NCBI GenBank assembly: GCA_027593235.1
Contig: JAQCIU010000001.1
Location: forward strand, 32,001-96,000
DNA length: 64,000 nt
Source of the DNA: Chloroflexota bacterium
Lineage (GTDB): Bacteria > Chloroflexota > Dehalococcoidia > UBA2979
Direction: 5' to 3'
The first letter of the stretch is position 1, and every line of letters starts with the position of its first letter. Below, one piece after another: positions 46,549 to 56,245 of the stretch. The notes below the pieces were generated by a model. It did no database searches. It had not been told where the DNA came from and worked only from the letters and a program-made list of their open reading frames with translations. A program made the position numbers and the translations under genes.

Positions 46549-47532
46549 CTAGCCGCCCGCGGCGGCGAGCTGTTCGGCGTAGGCCGCGATGACCGTCTCG
46601 CTGCCGGTGCCGGGCGCGTCACCGCGGCGGGCGGCGTCGTTCGAGAGGATCTGGACGGCGCGGTTGTAGGGGGTGGGGACGCCGTGAAGGGCGCCGAGGA
46701 GCGCGATCTCGCCGTTGAGGTAGTCGGCCTCGATGCCGCGCCCGCGCGCGAGACTCTGCCACGCCGAGGTGCCGCGCCGCTCGTAGCCGGGGACATCGCC
46801 CTGCGACATGACGGCGCGGTGGCGCGTGCCAAGTTCCTCGGGGGTGGCGACATCGATACCCGCCGCTGCGAAGGCGGCGTCGGCTTCCTCGATCATCCGC
46901 GCGACGACGGGGCCGCCGCGGCTCTCGTTGCCGATCAGGGCGTCCATGGCGTTGTTGAGGTTGCTGCGGAGTTTGGCGTACTTGATGCGCATGGGCAGCG
47001 GATCGAGTTTGGCGATCATGCCACTGGTGCTGATGTCCGCGCAGACCTGTTCGATCAGCGGATCGAGGCCGTGTGGGTAGCGGCCGGCATCGAGCCAGGC
47101 GCTGATCGGCGTGCCGTGGAGGACCACCTCGCCAGGATCGAGGAACGTCGAGGGCATCATCACGAGCATGGCGTAGACGCGGGTGAACCGGCGCGCCGCT
47201 TCGCGCTCGTTGTTGACGCCGTTCTGGGCGCAGATGACGGGGATGCCGGGACCGGCGATTGCGCGCAGCGTATCGAGGGCGGCGATGCTGTCCTGCGATT
47301 TAGTGGTGAGCAGGACGACGTCGTCCTCGCGGAACTCGATCTCGGCGGGGTGATCGACGGCGGTGACAGGCTCGGTAAATGTCCCATGCGGGGTGCGAGC
47401 GGTCAGCCCGTCGGTGAGCATCCTCGCGAGGTGGGCGCCACGGGCGATCAGCACGACCTCGTGACCGTGCCGCTGGAGCAGGACGCCGATGCCGCCGCCG
47501 ATCGCTCCGGCACCGTAGATGATGTAACGCAC
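46549..47532 (-). CDS. Ketopantoate reductase (ApbA/PanE) family protein
   Basis: IYGAGAIGG, TKSQD, AQNG, KL..NLNN, S.WQS, EADYLNGEI. Confidence 0.88.
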   Translation of the reverse strand: MRYIIYGAGAIGGGIGVLLQRHGHEVVLIARGAHLARMLTDGLTARTPHGTFTEPVTAVDHPAEIEFREDDVVLLTTKSQDSIAALDTLRAIAGPGIPVICAQNGVNNEREAARRFTRVYAMLVMMPSTFLDPGEVVLHGTPISAWLDAGRYPHGLDPLIEQVCADISTSGMIAKLDPLPMRIKYAKLRSNLNNAMDALIGNESRGGPVVARMIEEADAAFAAAGIDVATPEELGTRHRAVMSQGDVPGYERRGTSAWQSLARGRGIEADYLNGEIALLGALHGVPTPYNRAVQILSNDAARRGDAPGTGSETVIAAYAEQLAAAGG

Positions 47533-47589
47533 CGTGCCGCCGTTCGCTGCGAGCGCGGGCGGTTCCCGCGCATGCCATGATGACCCCAG

Positions 47590-48687
47590 ATGGTTGACCG
47601 CACGTTACCGAACTCTTCCAGCGACGCGGATCGTTCCGGTTGGAGCGATGGCACGCGTCCGTTTCGCGCGGCGCGCTGGTTGCCGGGTGGACACCTGCAG
47701 ACGGTCGGGCCGGCGCTGTTTTCGCTGCCGCCCGAGCCGCTCTCGCGGCGCATCGTCGTCGAGGTCGAAGCGGCCTCCGAGGCCGCTCCCGGCGGCGGCG
47801 CGGGCGGTGCGCGCGGGGCGTCCTCGGTGGAGGTGCTGATCTCGGAGAACGTGCGGCGTCCGGCACGCGGGACGATCGTGACGGTGCACGGCCTCGGTGG
47901 ATCGGCGCGCACGGGGGATTCGCGACGGACGGCGACGCAGGCGTTGGCCGCTGGCTGGGACGTCGCGCGGGTGAACCTGCGGAACTGCGGGGGGACGGAA
48001 GCGCTGTCCTCGACGCTCTACAACGCGACCCAGAGCGGCGACATCGGGCAAGTCCTCGGGGCGCTCGAGCGCGAGGGGCTGCCGCGGCCATACGCCGTGG
48101 TGTCGTTCTCGCTGGGGGCGAACCAGGTGCTGTTGCACGCCGCGGAGGCCGGAGCCGGATGCGGGGCGGACGCGATCGTGGCGGTGAATCCGCCAATCGA
48201 TCTGGCGGCGGCGAACCGGGCGATCCGTCGACCGGAGAACGCGCTCTATCACCTGCGGTACACACAGTCGCTCTGCGCACTCCTGGATCGGGTGCGCACG
48301 GACCGACCGGTGGCGGGGCCGCCGGCGCGCTGGTGGCAACTGCGCAGCGTGCGTCGGTTCGATCAGCAGTACACGGTGCCGGACGCGGGCCAGCCAGACG
48401 TGGAGACCTATTACGCGGTGGCGAGCGCCGGGCCGCGCCTGGGCGCAATCACGGTACCGACGCTGGTGCTGTCCGCCGTGGACGATCCGATCGTGCGGCT
48501 CGAGTCCTTCGAGGCGTATCGCACCCCTCGAGATCACGCGGTGCGCTTCGAGCATCCGGCGTCGGGCGGGCACTGCGGATACTGGCAGCGCGGGCAGCCG
48601 CGACCGTGGGCGCCGCGGCGGGCGCTGGCGTTCCTCGATGAGGTGCTCGGTGACGCGGGAGATCGGGCACGGGGCGGCAGTTCATAG
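47590..48687 (+). CDS. YheT-like alpha/beta hydrolase
   Basis: GGHLQT, HGLGGS, NLRNCGG, FSLGAN, DDPIV, GGHCGY. Confidence 0.88.
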   Translation: MVDRTLPNSSSDADRSGWSDGTRPFRAARWLPGGHLQTVGPALFSLPPEPLSRRIVVEVEAASEAAPGGGAGGARGASSVEVLISENVRRPARGTIVTVHGLGGSARTGDSRRTATQALAAGWDVARVNLRNCGGTEALSSTLYNATQSGDIGQVLGALEREGLPRPYAVVSFSLGANQVLLHAAEAGAGCGADAIVAVNPPIDLAAANRAIRRPENALYHLRYTQSLCALLDRVRTDRPVAGPPARWWQLRSVRRFDQQYTVPDAGQPDVETYYAVASAGPRLGAITVPTLVLSAVDDPIVRLESFEAYRTPRDHAVRFEHPASGGHCGYWQRGQPRPWAPRRALAFLDEVLGDAGDRARGGSS

Positions 48688-48744
48688 GCGGTGCAGTCGT
48701 TAGGATTTCCTCCCTGGGTCGTAGGCGCCCGAGAGGGGATCTGG

Positions 48745-49200
48745 ATGAAGCGGATTGGTGTGCTGGGTTTGAGCGTCCTGGCGGTGATGGTGCTAGGCGC
48801 GTGTTACGACGCCGGAGCGCAGCGCGAAGATCGGTTCGAGGCGCAGCGCGAGGTGTTCGAGGGGCGCGTTCCGGAAGGCGGGGTTTCAACGCCCGCGCCG
48901 ACGCCGGTGGATCCGGACGCGACGGTCGATCCGAACGATCCGTCCTCAGCGATTGTTCAGGAGCTCCCGGTCGGCGAGTACTTTGCCTCGCTGTGCGCTG
49001 GCTGCCACGGGCTGGATCGCAGTGGCGGCGTTGGGCTGCCGTTGTTGCGTGAGGGGCTGACGGAGCCGGACGATTTCTACACGCAGACGATTATGAACGG
49101 GCGCGCCGGCACGGCGATGGCGGCGTATGGCGGCGGCGCGGTGCTGACCGACGCCGAGGTGTCGGCGATCGTGACCTGGCTGAAGAACACCGACCCGTAG
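48745..49200 (+). CDS. Monoheme cytochrome c lipoprotein (c55X/NirC-like)
   Basis: lipobox LGAC, CAGCH heme motif, GR.GTAM distal Met. Confidence 0.85.
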   Translation: MKRIGVLGLSVLAVMVLGACYDAGAQREDRFEAQREVFEGRVPEGGVSTPAPTPVDPDATVDPNDPSSAIVQELPVGEYFASLCAGCHGLDRSGGVGLPLLREGLTEPDDFYTQTIMNGRAGTAMAAYGGGAVLTDAEVSAIVTWLKNTDP

Positions 49201-49225
49201 CCGAGACCGATCGACCTCGAGAGCT

Positions 49226-49257
49226 GAAACGGCCGTCGCGAGAGCGACGGCCGTTTC
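49226..49257. terminator. Bidirectional terminator hairpin
   Basis: GAAACGGCCGTCGC-GAGA-GCGACGGCCGTTTC between convergent genes. Confidence 0.8.
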
Positions 49258-49298
49258 GTTGTCGCGTCCGCGCGTGCGCGCGGCCGTCGCGCGTGCGG

Positions 49299-50612
49299 CT
49301 AGGGGTGGGTCCTCGCGAGCTGCGGTGTCACCTCGGCGGCGTCGGCCGGTGCCTGGGCGTGGACGGAGGGGGAGCGAGGGACCGTGGTGACGACCGCGAT
49401 GGCGGCGACGACGAGGCCGCAGGAGAGGGCGCCCCAGACGACGGGGTAGCCGAAGGCGACCGTGCCGACGCCGACGGCGAGCGGGCCGGCGGCGGCGCCG
49501 ATGCGAATCGCGAGGTAGATCTGGCCATAGATGGCGCCAAAGGTGCGTTCGCCGAACGCGGCGGCGACGGAGAGCGGCTGGAGGATGACGAGCACGCCCA
49601 TGGTGAAGCCGAAGAGGATCGAACCGGCGACCTGCATGGCGGGGGTCGGCGCGACAGCCAGCACCGCAAAGGCGACGGCCTGGATCAGGAAGACGATGCC
49701 GTTGGTGAGCGGGGGCGAGAGCAGGTCGCCGACGAAGACGAAGAGGGCGCGACCAACGGTGGAGGCGACGGTGACGGCGGTGACAACGGCCGCCGCCTGG
49801 ACGAGGGTGAACGATCCCGAGGTGAGGTAGCTGACCTGGTGAATCAGGAAGCTGCCCTGCGCGAACATGCCGAGCGGGAGCGTGAGCGCGAGCGCCCAGA
49901 AGGCGCGTTGGTGGGTCGCTTCGGCGAGGGTCCAGGCGCGCTCGGGGGCGGCGGCGTCCTCGTCACGGTCGGTGCTCGCCTCGGTAGCTGCGCCGTTGGC
50001 GCCGTCGGGCCGGAGCCCGAGCGCGGCGGGGTCGTTGCGGATGACGAAGGTCGCGACGGGCCAGACCACGGCGATGGCGAAGACGGCGAGGAGCAGGCCG
50101 GCAGTGGGCGCGCCCCAGGTCCCGAGGACGTTCGCATTGATCGGGGCGAGGATCATGCCGCCGATCGAGGCGCCAAAGGTGGCGATCGTCATGGCGCGTG
50201 TGCGTGAGCGGACGAACCAGCGGGCGATCGTCTTACCGAGCGTGACGGTGTGGAGGCAGGCGAAGCCGGCACCGAGGATGGTGAAGGCGACGTAGGTGTG
50301 CCAGACGGTGGTGGCGAAGCCGAGCGAGGCGATCCCGATCGCGACGACGGTGCCGCCGACGAGGAAGACGGAACGCGGGCCGCGTCGATCGACGGTGCGG
50401 CCAACGAGGATGCCGACAAGCCCCGCGGTGATCTGGAAGAGCGTGTGACCGACGGAAAGCGAAGCGCGGGACCAGCCGCGTTCGTCGACGAAGTAGGCGA
50501 TGAAGATGCCGTTGATGAAGATGGCGACGCCCCAGGTGACGAGGGCGATCGCGTTACAACCGGCGACGATGTACCAGCCGTAGAAGACGCGGCCGCGCGG
50601 TGGGTCAGGCAT
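49299..50612 (-). CDS. MFS transporter
   Basis: FYGWYIV, GRTVDRRGPR motif A, about 12 TM segments. Confidence 0.88.
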   Translation of the reverse strand: MPDPPRGRVFYGWYIVAGCNAIALVTWGVAIFINGIFIAYFVDERGWSRASLSVGHTLFQITAGLVGILVGRTVDRRGPRSVFLVGGTVVAIGIASLGFATTVWHTYVAFTILGAGFACLHTVTLGKTIARWFVRSRTRAMTIATFGASIGGMILAPINANVLGTWGAPTAGLLLAVFAIAVVWPVATFVIRNDPAALGLRPDGANGAATEASTDRDEDAAAPERAWTLAEATHQRAFWALALTLPLGMFAQGSFLIHQVSYLTSGSFTLVQAAAVVTAVTVASTVGRALFVFVGDLLSPPLTNGIVFLIQAVAFAVLAVAPTPAMQVAGSILFGFTMGVLVILQPLSVAAAFGERTFGAIYGQIYLAIRIGAAAGPLAVGVGTVAFGYPVVWGALSCGLVVAAIAVVTTVPRSPSVHAQAPADAAEVTPQLARTHP

Positions 50613-50832
50613 CGGATGCGGTCCTCGGCGGGTGCACGCGGGGGGCTCGGCGCGGCGGGTTGGGTGTCGCCGTGGGACAGGATCGAGTGCGCCAGGGCAT
50701 GCGTCCAATGCATAGTTCGATGGTGATCGATGTGCACTGATCATGGGCGGTTGCGGGCGTGATCCTCGACACTGGATCGCTCCGCCGGCCCGGCAGCGGT
50801 GGCGTGAACAGGTAGCGAGCAGGGAGAGCCAG

Positions 50833-51684
50833 ATGTCACGGATCGTCTACGTCAATGGCGAGTACGTGCCGGAGGAGCAGGCAAAGGTCTCGGTCTTCGA
50901 CCGCGGATTCCTGTTCGCGGACGGGGTCTACGAGGTGTCGGCGGTCCTCGATGGGCGGCTGGTGGACAACGCGGCGCACCTGGCGCGGCTGGAGCGGTCG
51001 CTGGCGGAGCTGAAGCTGACGCCGCCGGTGCCGCTGTCGGAGATCCCGACGATCCAGCAGGAGGTGGTGACGCGGAACGGGGTGGGGCAGGGGCTGGTTT
51101 ACCTGCAGATCACGCGCGGCGCTGCCGATCGCGACTTTGCGTTCCCGACCGATGCCGTTCCGTCGCTGGTGATGTTTTCGCAGACGCGGAACCTGCTGGA
51201 GGATCCGGTGGCGGCGCGCGGGATCTCGGTGGTGACGATGCCTGATCTGCGCTGGGCGCGGCGCGACATCAAGACGGTGCAGTTGGTGGCGGCCTCGATG
51301 GCGAAGCAGGCGGCGCGGGATGCTGGCGCGGACGACGCGTGGCTGGTCGAGGACGGCGTGATCACCGAGGCCACCTCGAGCAACGCGTACATCGTGACGG
51401 CCGACGGGACGATCGTGACGCGTGCGTTGTCGCACGCGATCTTGCACGGGATCACGCGACGCGCGGTCTTGCGACTGGCCTCGGAGAACGGACTGGACGT
51501 CGAGGAGCTTGGCTTCTCCGTCAAGGAAGCGCAGGCCGCGCGCGAAGCGTTCGTAACGAGCGCAACGGGGCTGGTGATGCCAGTGGTGCGGATCGACGGG
51601 CAGGAGATCGGCGACGGGACGCCGGGGCCGATCGCGAAGCGGCTGCGCGAGCTGTACCTGGAGATGGCGCGCGCCGAGGCGTGA
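50833..51684 (+). CDS. dat: D-amino-acid transaminase (PLP fold type IV)
   Basis: DRGFLFADGVYEV, HLARL, RW.RRDIKT, EATSSN, ILHGITR; AGGGAG RBS. Confidence 0.9.
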   Translation: MSRIVYVNGEYVPEEQAKVSVFDRGFLFADGVYEVSAVLDGRLVDNAAHLARLERSLAELKLTPPVPLSEIPTIQQEVVTRNGVGQGLVYLQITRGAADRDFAFPTDAVPSLVMFSQTRNLLEDPVAARGISVVTMPDLRWARRDIKTVQLVAASMAKQAARDAGADDAWLVEDGVITEATSSNAYIVTADGTIVTRALSHAILHGITRRAVLRLASENGLDVEELGFSVKEAQAAREAFVTSATGLVMPVVRIDGQEIGDGTPGPIAKRLRELYLEMARAEA

Positions 51685-51685
51685 C

Positions 51686-51725
51686 GCCGCCCCTTGCCGC
51701 CCCTTGCCGCCCCTCGCCGCCCCTC
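51686..51725. repeat. 10-bp tandem repeat x4
   Basis: GCCGCCCCT(T/C) four times between convergent genes. Confidence 0.85.
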
Positions 51726-51746
51726 GCTGCGCGCCGGTGCTCGGAC

Positions 51747-53135
51747 TCAGGCGGGGAGCAACTCCGTGAGCTTCGCCATGGCGGGTTGTACCTGGGCGAG
51801 GTAGCGCCCGATCTGTTGGGCGGCCTCGGGGTTGGCTCGCAGGCGATCACCGGACAGCTTCAGCGGGTTGAGCCGCGAGGTGTCGAGCCACTCGTTGAGC
51901 TTTGGGTGCTGACGCCACACCTGCCTGGCCGCGACGTCCAACTGGAACATGCGCAGCCAGTCCTCCGGCACCTCGGGTGGGGAGATCGGCACGCAGAGGG
52001 CGTTCTTCTCCACTTCATCGTCGAAGGCCGATTCGACGTAGGCGATGAACGCGGCACTGAGGGTGGGCTGACAGGTCCGCACCCACTGCAAGGTGATCCG
52101 GTCGCCGTCGAAGATGGCGGTTGATGGCTTCGCCGGGATGCCGGCGGCGGAACAGTCGACGTAGAGGCAGTTGGCGGGAGCGGGGACGTTCCCCCGTTCG
52201 AGGTGGATCTCTCGGGCGTCGATGCTGGTCACCCGTCCGAGCCGGATGATGTCGCTGATGCCCCGCAACTGCGCGAGTTCGGCGTCGCTGAGCGTGGCGC
52301 AGTGGTAGGCGGTCGGCGTCACGGCGGGGTCGATCCGGGCGAGTTCACCCGTCGATTCGAGGTGCGCGAAGACGTCATCGATCGATTGCGCGGTCGCGAT
52401 CGCTTCCATCTGATCGGCGAGGCTGCGGCAGAACCGCGTGAGGAACTGATCGCCGGTCTGGAAGTTGGCGCGATTCAGCACCCAGGAATCGCGGGGCATG
52501 ACCCAGTGGATGCGGTCGGGGCTGACCCCGTACTCCAGCAACCACATGCAGGCGTCCATGCCGGTCTTTCCAGCTCCGATCACGACGTAGTCGTGGAAGT
52601 CGGGCGCCAGTCGCGGCAGATTGTTGAGCGGGACGCAGGTGAGCTCGGCGGCCACCTCGTATGCGGGCGGGGTGGTGGCGGGGATCCGCATCTGCGACCA
52701 CGTGGCGTCGACGGTCCGCGACGCACTCACCTCGATCCGTTCGCCGGAGAGGCGAGAGACGATCGCGCCGTCATCTTCGACCTCGCTCATCGGGAAGAAC
52801 TGGACGCGACCGGAGGGCAGCAGGCGCTGTCGCATGGTCTGGTCGAAGTGATTGACGACCTCGTGCCCCGAGGCGAGTTCCCGCAGTCCGGCGTTCGACC
52901 CGGACTGGTCGATCGCCCCGGTGCCGAGCTCCAGCGAGTTCACGCCGTAGAAGCTGGAGGGCTGATGCAGGCGAACGAACGGGTAGGCGTCGTTCCAGTG
53001 GCCGCCGGCACGGTCACGCCGGTCGACGATTGCCATCGTGGCGTCGGATTCGGAGAGCAGCGTATCGGCGAACGCGATGCCGACGGCGCCGGCTCCGATG
53101 ATCAGGTAGTCCACGTCGAGTTGGTTCGAGGGCAT
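51747..53135 (-). CDS. FAD/NAD(P)-dependent oxidoreductase
   Basis: IIGAGAVG, GGHWNDAYPFVRLHQPS, second GAGKTG dinucleotide motif. Confidence 0.87.
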   Translation of the reverse strand: MPSNQLDVDYLIIGAGAVGIAFADTLLSESDATMAIVDRRDRAGGHWNDAYPFVRLHQPSSFYGVNSLELGTGAIDQSGSNAGLRELASGHEVVNHFDQTMRQRLLPSGRVQFFPMSEVEDDGAIVSRLSGERIEVSASRTVDATWSQMRIPATTPPAYEVAAELTCVPLNNLPRLAPDFHDYVVIGAGKTGMDACMWLLEYGVSPDRIHWVMPRDSWVLNRANFQTGDQFLTRFCRSLADQMEAIATAQSIDDVFAHLESTGELARIDPAVTPTAYHCATLSDAELAQLRGISDIIRLGRVTSIDAREIHLERGNVPAPANCLYVDCSAAGIPAKPSTAIFDGDRITLQWVRTCQPTLSAAFIAYVESAFDDEVEKNALCVPISPPEVPEDWLRMFQLDVAARQVWRQHPKLNEWLDTSRLNPLKLSGDRLRANPEAAQQIGRYLAQVQPAMAKLTELLPA

Positions 53136-53316
53136 GCTGCTACTCTGATGATTGCGCTCGCCGCGCGGGATGGGCCTGTGCACGGTACCGGCGGGAACGC
53201 CGATCGACCCGTCGAGTAGCGCCCCGTCGCCAACAGATTCCGCACGGTTGTCGCCGTGCAACGGTACCTGAGCGGCGCGGGATCGCCGAGGATCGCCATC
53301 GACGGGGGTGCGGCAG

Positions 53317-53952
53317 CTACGAGTGCTGCGCGAGGCTCTCTTCGCGGAGCTCGATGTGGGTGAGCAGGAAGTCGCGGGCGAGGGCGACGAGGTGGCCCGT
53401 GGCATCGGCGAGGGCGATCACGCGCGGCTCGCTGAGGACGATCGTGAACTCCTGACGCTCGCCGCCGCGGTCGTGGCCGACGAGGCGCAGGAGCGGCGGG
53501 TCGCCGGGTTCGAGAAGGGCGATCGGCGGGCCGCCTTCGTGGACGCGGATGATGTCGGCGTGGCGGGCGAGGTCCGTGACGGAGGCGAGTTCGGCGGCGC
53601 TGTCGATCGCCGTTTCGTCGAGGCCCATGGCACGCGCGAGGTCGCCGGGATGCGCCTCGAAGACGGCTTCGGCGAAGGTGCGCCAGTCCTCGGAGGTGGG
53701 GAGTGGCTTCAGCAGCGCGCGGCCGACCGGGATCGAGCGATCGCGGAGCGCGTTACAGACGGCGACCAGTCGCTGCGCCGCCTCGGCGAGTTCCGTGAGG
53801 AGCTGCGCGGCGAGCACGGCGCGGTGGCGGTCCTCGGTGCGAAAGATGCGTTCGAGGATCGCGTCGGAGACGGTCTCAATGCGGCGCAGCGTGGCGTCGT
53901 CGTAGGCGCGGAGGAACGCCAGTTCGCTGCCGATGGGGTAGTCGTTGGTCAC
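53317..53952 (-). CDS. Hypothetical helical protein
   Basis: GC3-biased ORF, GGGAG RBS before GTG 53952. Confidence 0.65.
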   Translation of the reverse strand: MTNDYPIGSELAFLRAYDDATLRRIETVSDAILERIFRTEDRHRAVLAAQLLTELAEAAQRLVAVCNALRDRSIPVGRALLKPLPTSEDWRTFAEAVFEAHPGDLARAMGLDETAIDSAAELASVTDLARHADIIRVHEGGPPIALLEPGDPPLLRLVGHDRGGERQEFTIVLSEPRVIALADATGHLVALARDFLLTHIELREESLAQHS

Positions 53953-54057
53953 GGCGCTGCTCCCGGTAGGTGGTGGGGACGCCTCGGAGGAGGTGCTTCG
54001 CATGCTACCGAGCGGCCGTGCGGCGACCAACAGTGACGCGGTCCTCGTTCCGGCGCG

Positions 54058-54188
54058 GCCAGCCTGGATACGCAACAACGGCGTCCGGGAGGGGGCGCCG
54101 CCAGCCCTGGACACGCAACAACGGCGCCCGGGAGGGGGTGCCGCCAGCCTGGACACGCAACAACGGCGCCCGCGAGGGGGCGCCGTTG
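54058..54188 (-). repeat. Three tandem 42-43 bp copies of a terminator-like hairpin
   Basis: unit GCCAGCCTGGA(T/C)ACGCAACAACGGCG(T/C)CCG(G/C)GAGGGGG(C/T)GCC at 54058, 54100, 54143. Confidence 0.88.
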
Positions 54189-54231
54189 CCGTCAGCGCTT
54201 GCGCGCGGCGAAGAGCGGGGCGTGCCGCGCG

Positions 54232-55338
54232 CTAGCTACCGATCTGGAACGCGTCCAGGAAGCTTGAGTCCGAGACCGCGGTGACCTCGCTGGCGGGGGG
54301 AGCGACGATGCTGATGTCGCCGCCGATGTTGAAGAACTCGTAGGTCATGACCATCGAGCCGATCAGTTCCTCCGCGGTGAGGCCGGCCTGACCGAAGCCG
54401 GAGAAGTCGATCGCCATGGTGTAGCGGCGTACGACGTTGTCGTCGTCGATCCAGACATCGACGGGGAACTCACCGAAGACGTCCGAGATCGAAGCGCCGT
54501 TCAGATCGGCTTCGAGTTCCGCGATGTCGCTCGGGCTGATGGTCGACATCGCCTCGGCGACGTCGATGACGCCGCGGTAGTGGGTGGTGTCGACACCGCG
54601 CACGCTTTCGCGCCCGACATCTTCGAGGCCCCAGACGGAGGCGAGGAACGCGGTGGCATCGAGCGGGTTGGTGAGGCCGCCGGCGCCGCTGGTGGGAAGT
54701 GCGCCGAAGGCGTCGGCGCCGGTGGGATCGGTGAAGGCGATCCACGGGGTTTCAGCGCCGAGGAGGAGGCCGAAGATGGGCCAGTTCATGTAGGTGGTGC
54801 CATCGACGTAGCGAAGTTGCAACGGCGCATCGCCGAAGAACGCTTCGATCATCGCGAGTTCCTCGGTGCTGGCGTCCTCGCTGGAAGCGATCGCGTTGAG
54901 CATCTCCGTGAAATCGATGGTCATAGCGAAGCGCTCGTTGGTGGGATCGATCGCACCGGCGCCGCCGAAGGAGATGCCACCTGGCAGGTCCGGGATCGAG
55001 GGCATGGTCATCGACCACTCGAACTCGTAGGCGTCGAGGGACTCGATGACCTCGAGGGCCTGGACGAGACGCTGGCGTTCCGGGGTGTCGAGCTTGAGCT
55101 GCGAGGCGCGCTGGGCGACGGCAACGCCGCCGGTTGCGCCGGTGGTGGGCCGCGTGTCGGTGGCCGCCCCGGATTGTCCGGATGCGGCGACGATATCGGC
55201 GATGCTGCGGGCTGGCGTGGCGGAGGCGGTTGGGGACGTATCGCCAGCCTCGGTGGTGGCGGCGGGTTGCGCCCCACTCGAGCAGGCGGCCGCAACGAGG
55301 GCGACGAGCGCGATCAGCGCGGTAGTGACAATTCGCAT
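54232..55338 (-). CDS. LppX/LprAFG-like lipoprotein
   Basis: lipobox AAAC, VGRESVRGVDTTHYRG, DVWIDDD..VRR, I.APP; GGAGG RBS. Confidence 0.8.
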   Translation of the reverse strand: MRIVTTALIALVALVAAACSSGAQPAATTEAGDTSPTASATPARSIADIVAASGQSGAATDTRPTTGATGGVAVAQRASQLKLDTPERQRLVQALEVIESLDAYEFEWSMTMPSIPDLPGGISFGGAGAIDPTNERFAMTIDFTEMLNAIASSEDASTEELAMIEAFFGDAPLQLRYVDGTTYMNWPIFGLLLGAETPWIAFTDPTGADAFGALPTSGAGGLTNPLDATAFLASVWGLEDVGRESVRGVDTTHYRGVIDVAEAMSTISPSDIAELEADLNGASISDVFGEFPVDVWIDDDNVVRRYTMAIDFSGFGQAGLTAEELIGSMVMTYEFFNIGGDISIVAPPASEVTAVSDSSFLDAFQIGS

Positions 55339-55468
55339 CGGGACCTCCAGCGCACCACGTCCGGTTCGAGGCGCGTCGAAGCGCGGGCCGGTTGGCGCCG
55401 CGCTACCTCGATCATCGGAACGTTCTGGCGGCGACTGGAGTTCCCGCGGCAAACGGCCGCTGCTGCGC

Positions 55469-56245
55469 TTACAGGCACTTGGGATTGTGCCCGTTGGGGT
55501 TGCAGTTTTTTGGGGTCGGGATCGGTGGTGCCGTTGGGATCGGCACTGGCGTCAGCGTCGGAATCGGCGTCAGCGTCGGCAGTGGGGTCAGCGTCGGCAG
55601 TGGCGTCGGCGTTGGTGTCGGCGTTGGTGTCGGCGTTGGCGTTGGCGTTGGCGTCGGTGTCGGCGTTGGTGTCGGCGTTGGCGTTGGCGTTGGCGTCGGT
55701 GTCGGCGTCGCGCCGGGGGTGGCGGTCACCGACCCCGCCGGTGCCGGCGAGCCGGGTGTCGAGGGCGCGTCGTTGCCGGTGGCGAAGTCGGAGGGTGACG
55801 GGATGCCGTCCTCGTATCCCGGGTCGTTCGACAGAGGCTGGTCGTTCGGGTGGGGCGTCCGGCTGGCGTTCGGTGTCGAGGGGATGCGAGGAGTACGGGT
55901 TGGCGCTGGGGTGCGCACGCCCGCGGCTCCCGGACCTTGAGTGGGGCTGGTCGCGAGTTCGCTCCCCGCGTCGGCGGCGTCCGCCGTGGGCGCGGGAATC
56001 GCGAGGGCGCGCGAGTCCTCGGCGGCGGCGGCGATCACCGCCGGGCTGAGTGGCTGAAGGCGATGCGTTGTGGTGTCGCGGGCGTAGTCCGCGACGAGCC
56101 GCGAGGTGAGTTCGCCAACGACGCGGGCGTCTGGTGGCCGCGCGGAGCCGGCCGACGCGCCGAGGGTGGTGGTGCCGAAGGCGGCGAGCGTGACGAGGAT
56201 CGCCATCAACGCGGTGACCGCCGCGGCGCGGAGACTACGCCGCAT
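55469..56245 (-). CDS. Secreted Pro/Thr-rich protein
   Basis: N-terminal hydrophobic signal, (PT)n run at about 55510-55710, C-terminal KNCNPNGHNPKCL; GGAGAGG RBS. Confidence 0.65.
   Translation of the reverse strand: MRRSLRAAAVTALMAILVTLAAFGTTTLGASAGSARPPDARVVGELTSRLVADYARDTTTHRLQPLSPAVIAAAAEDSRALAIPAPTADAADAGSELATSPTQGPGAAGVRTPAPTRTPRIPSTPNASRTPHPNDQPLSNDPGYEDGIPSPSDFATGNDAPSTPGSPAPAGSVTATPGATPTPTPTPTPTPTPTPTPTPTPTPTPTPTPTPTPTPLPTLTPLPTLTPIPTLTPVPIPTAPPIPTPKNCNPNGHNPKCL

Noticed and set aside
54058-54188. Mini CRISPR array
   Set aside because: Units are contiguous with no unique spacers and no cas genes are in the window
55510-55710. Non-coding hexamer microsatellite
   Set aside because: Third-position variation shows it encodes Pro-Thr repeats
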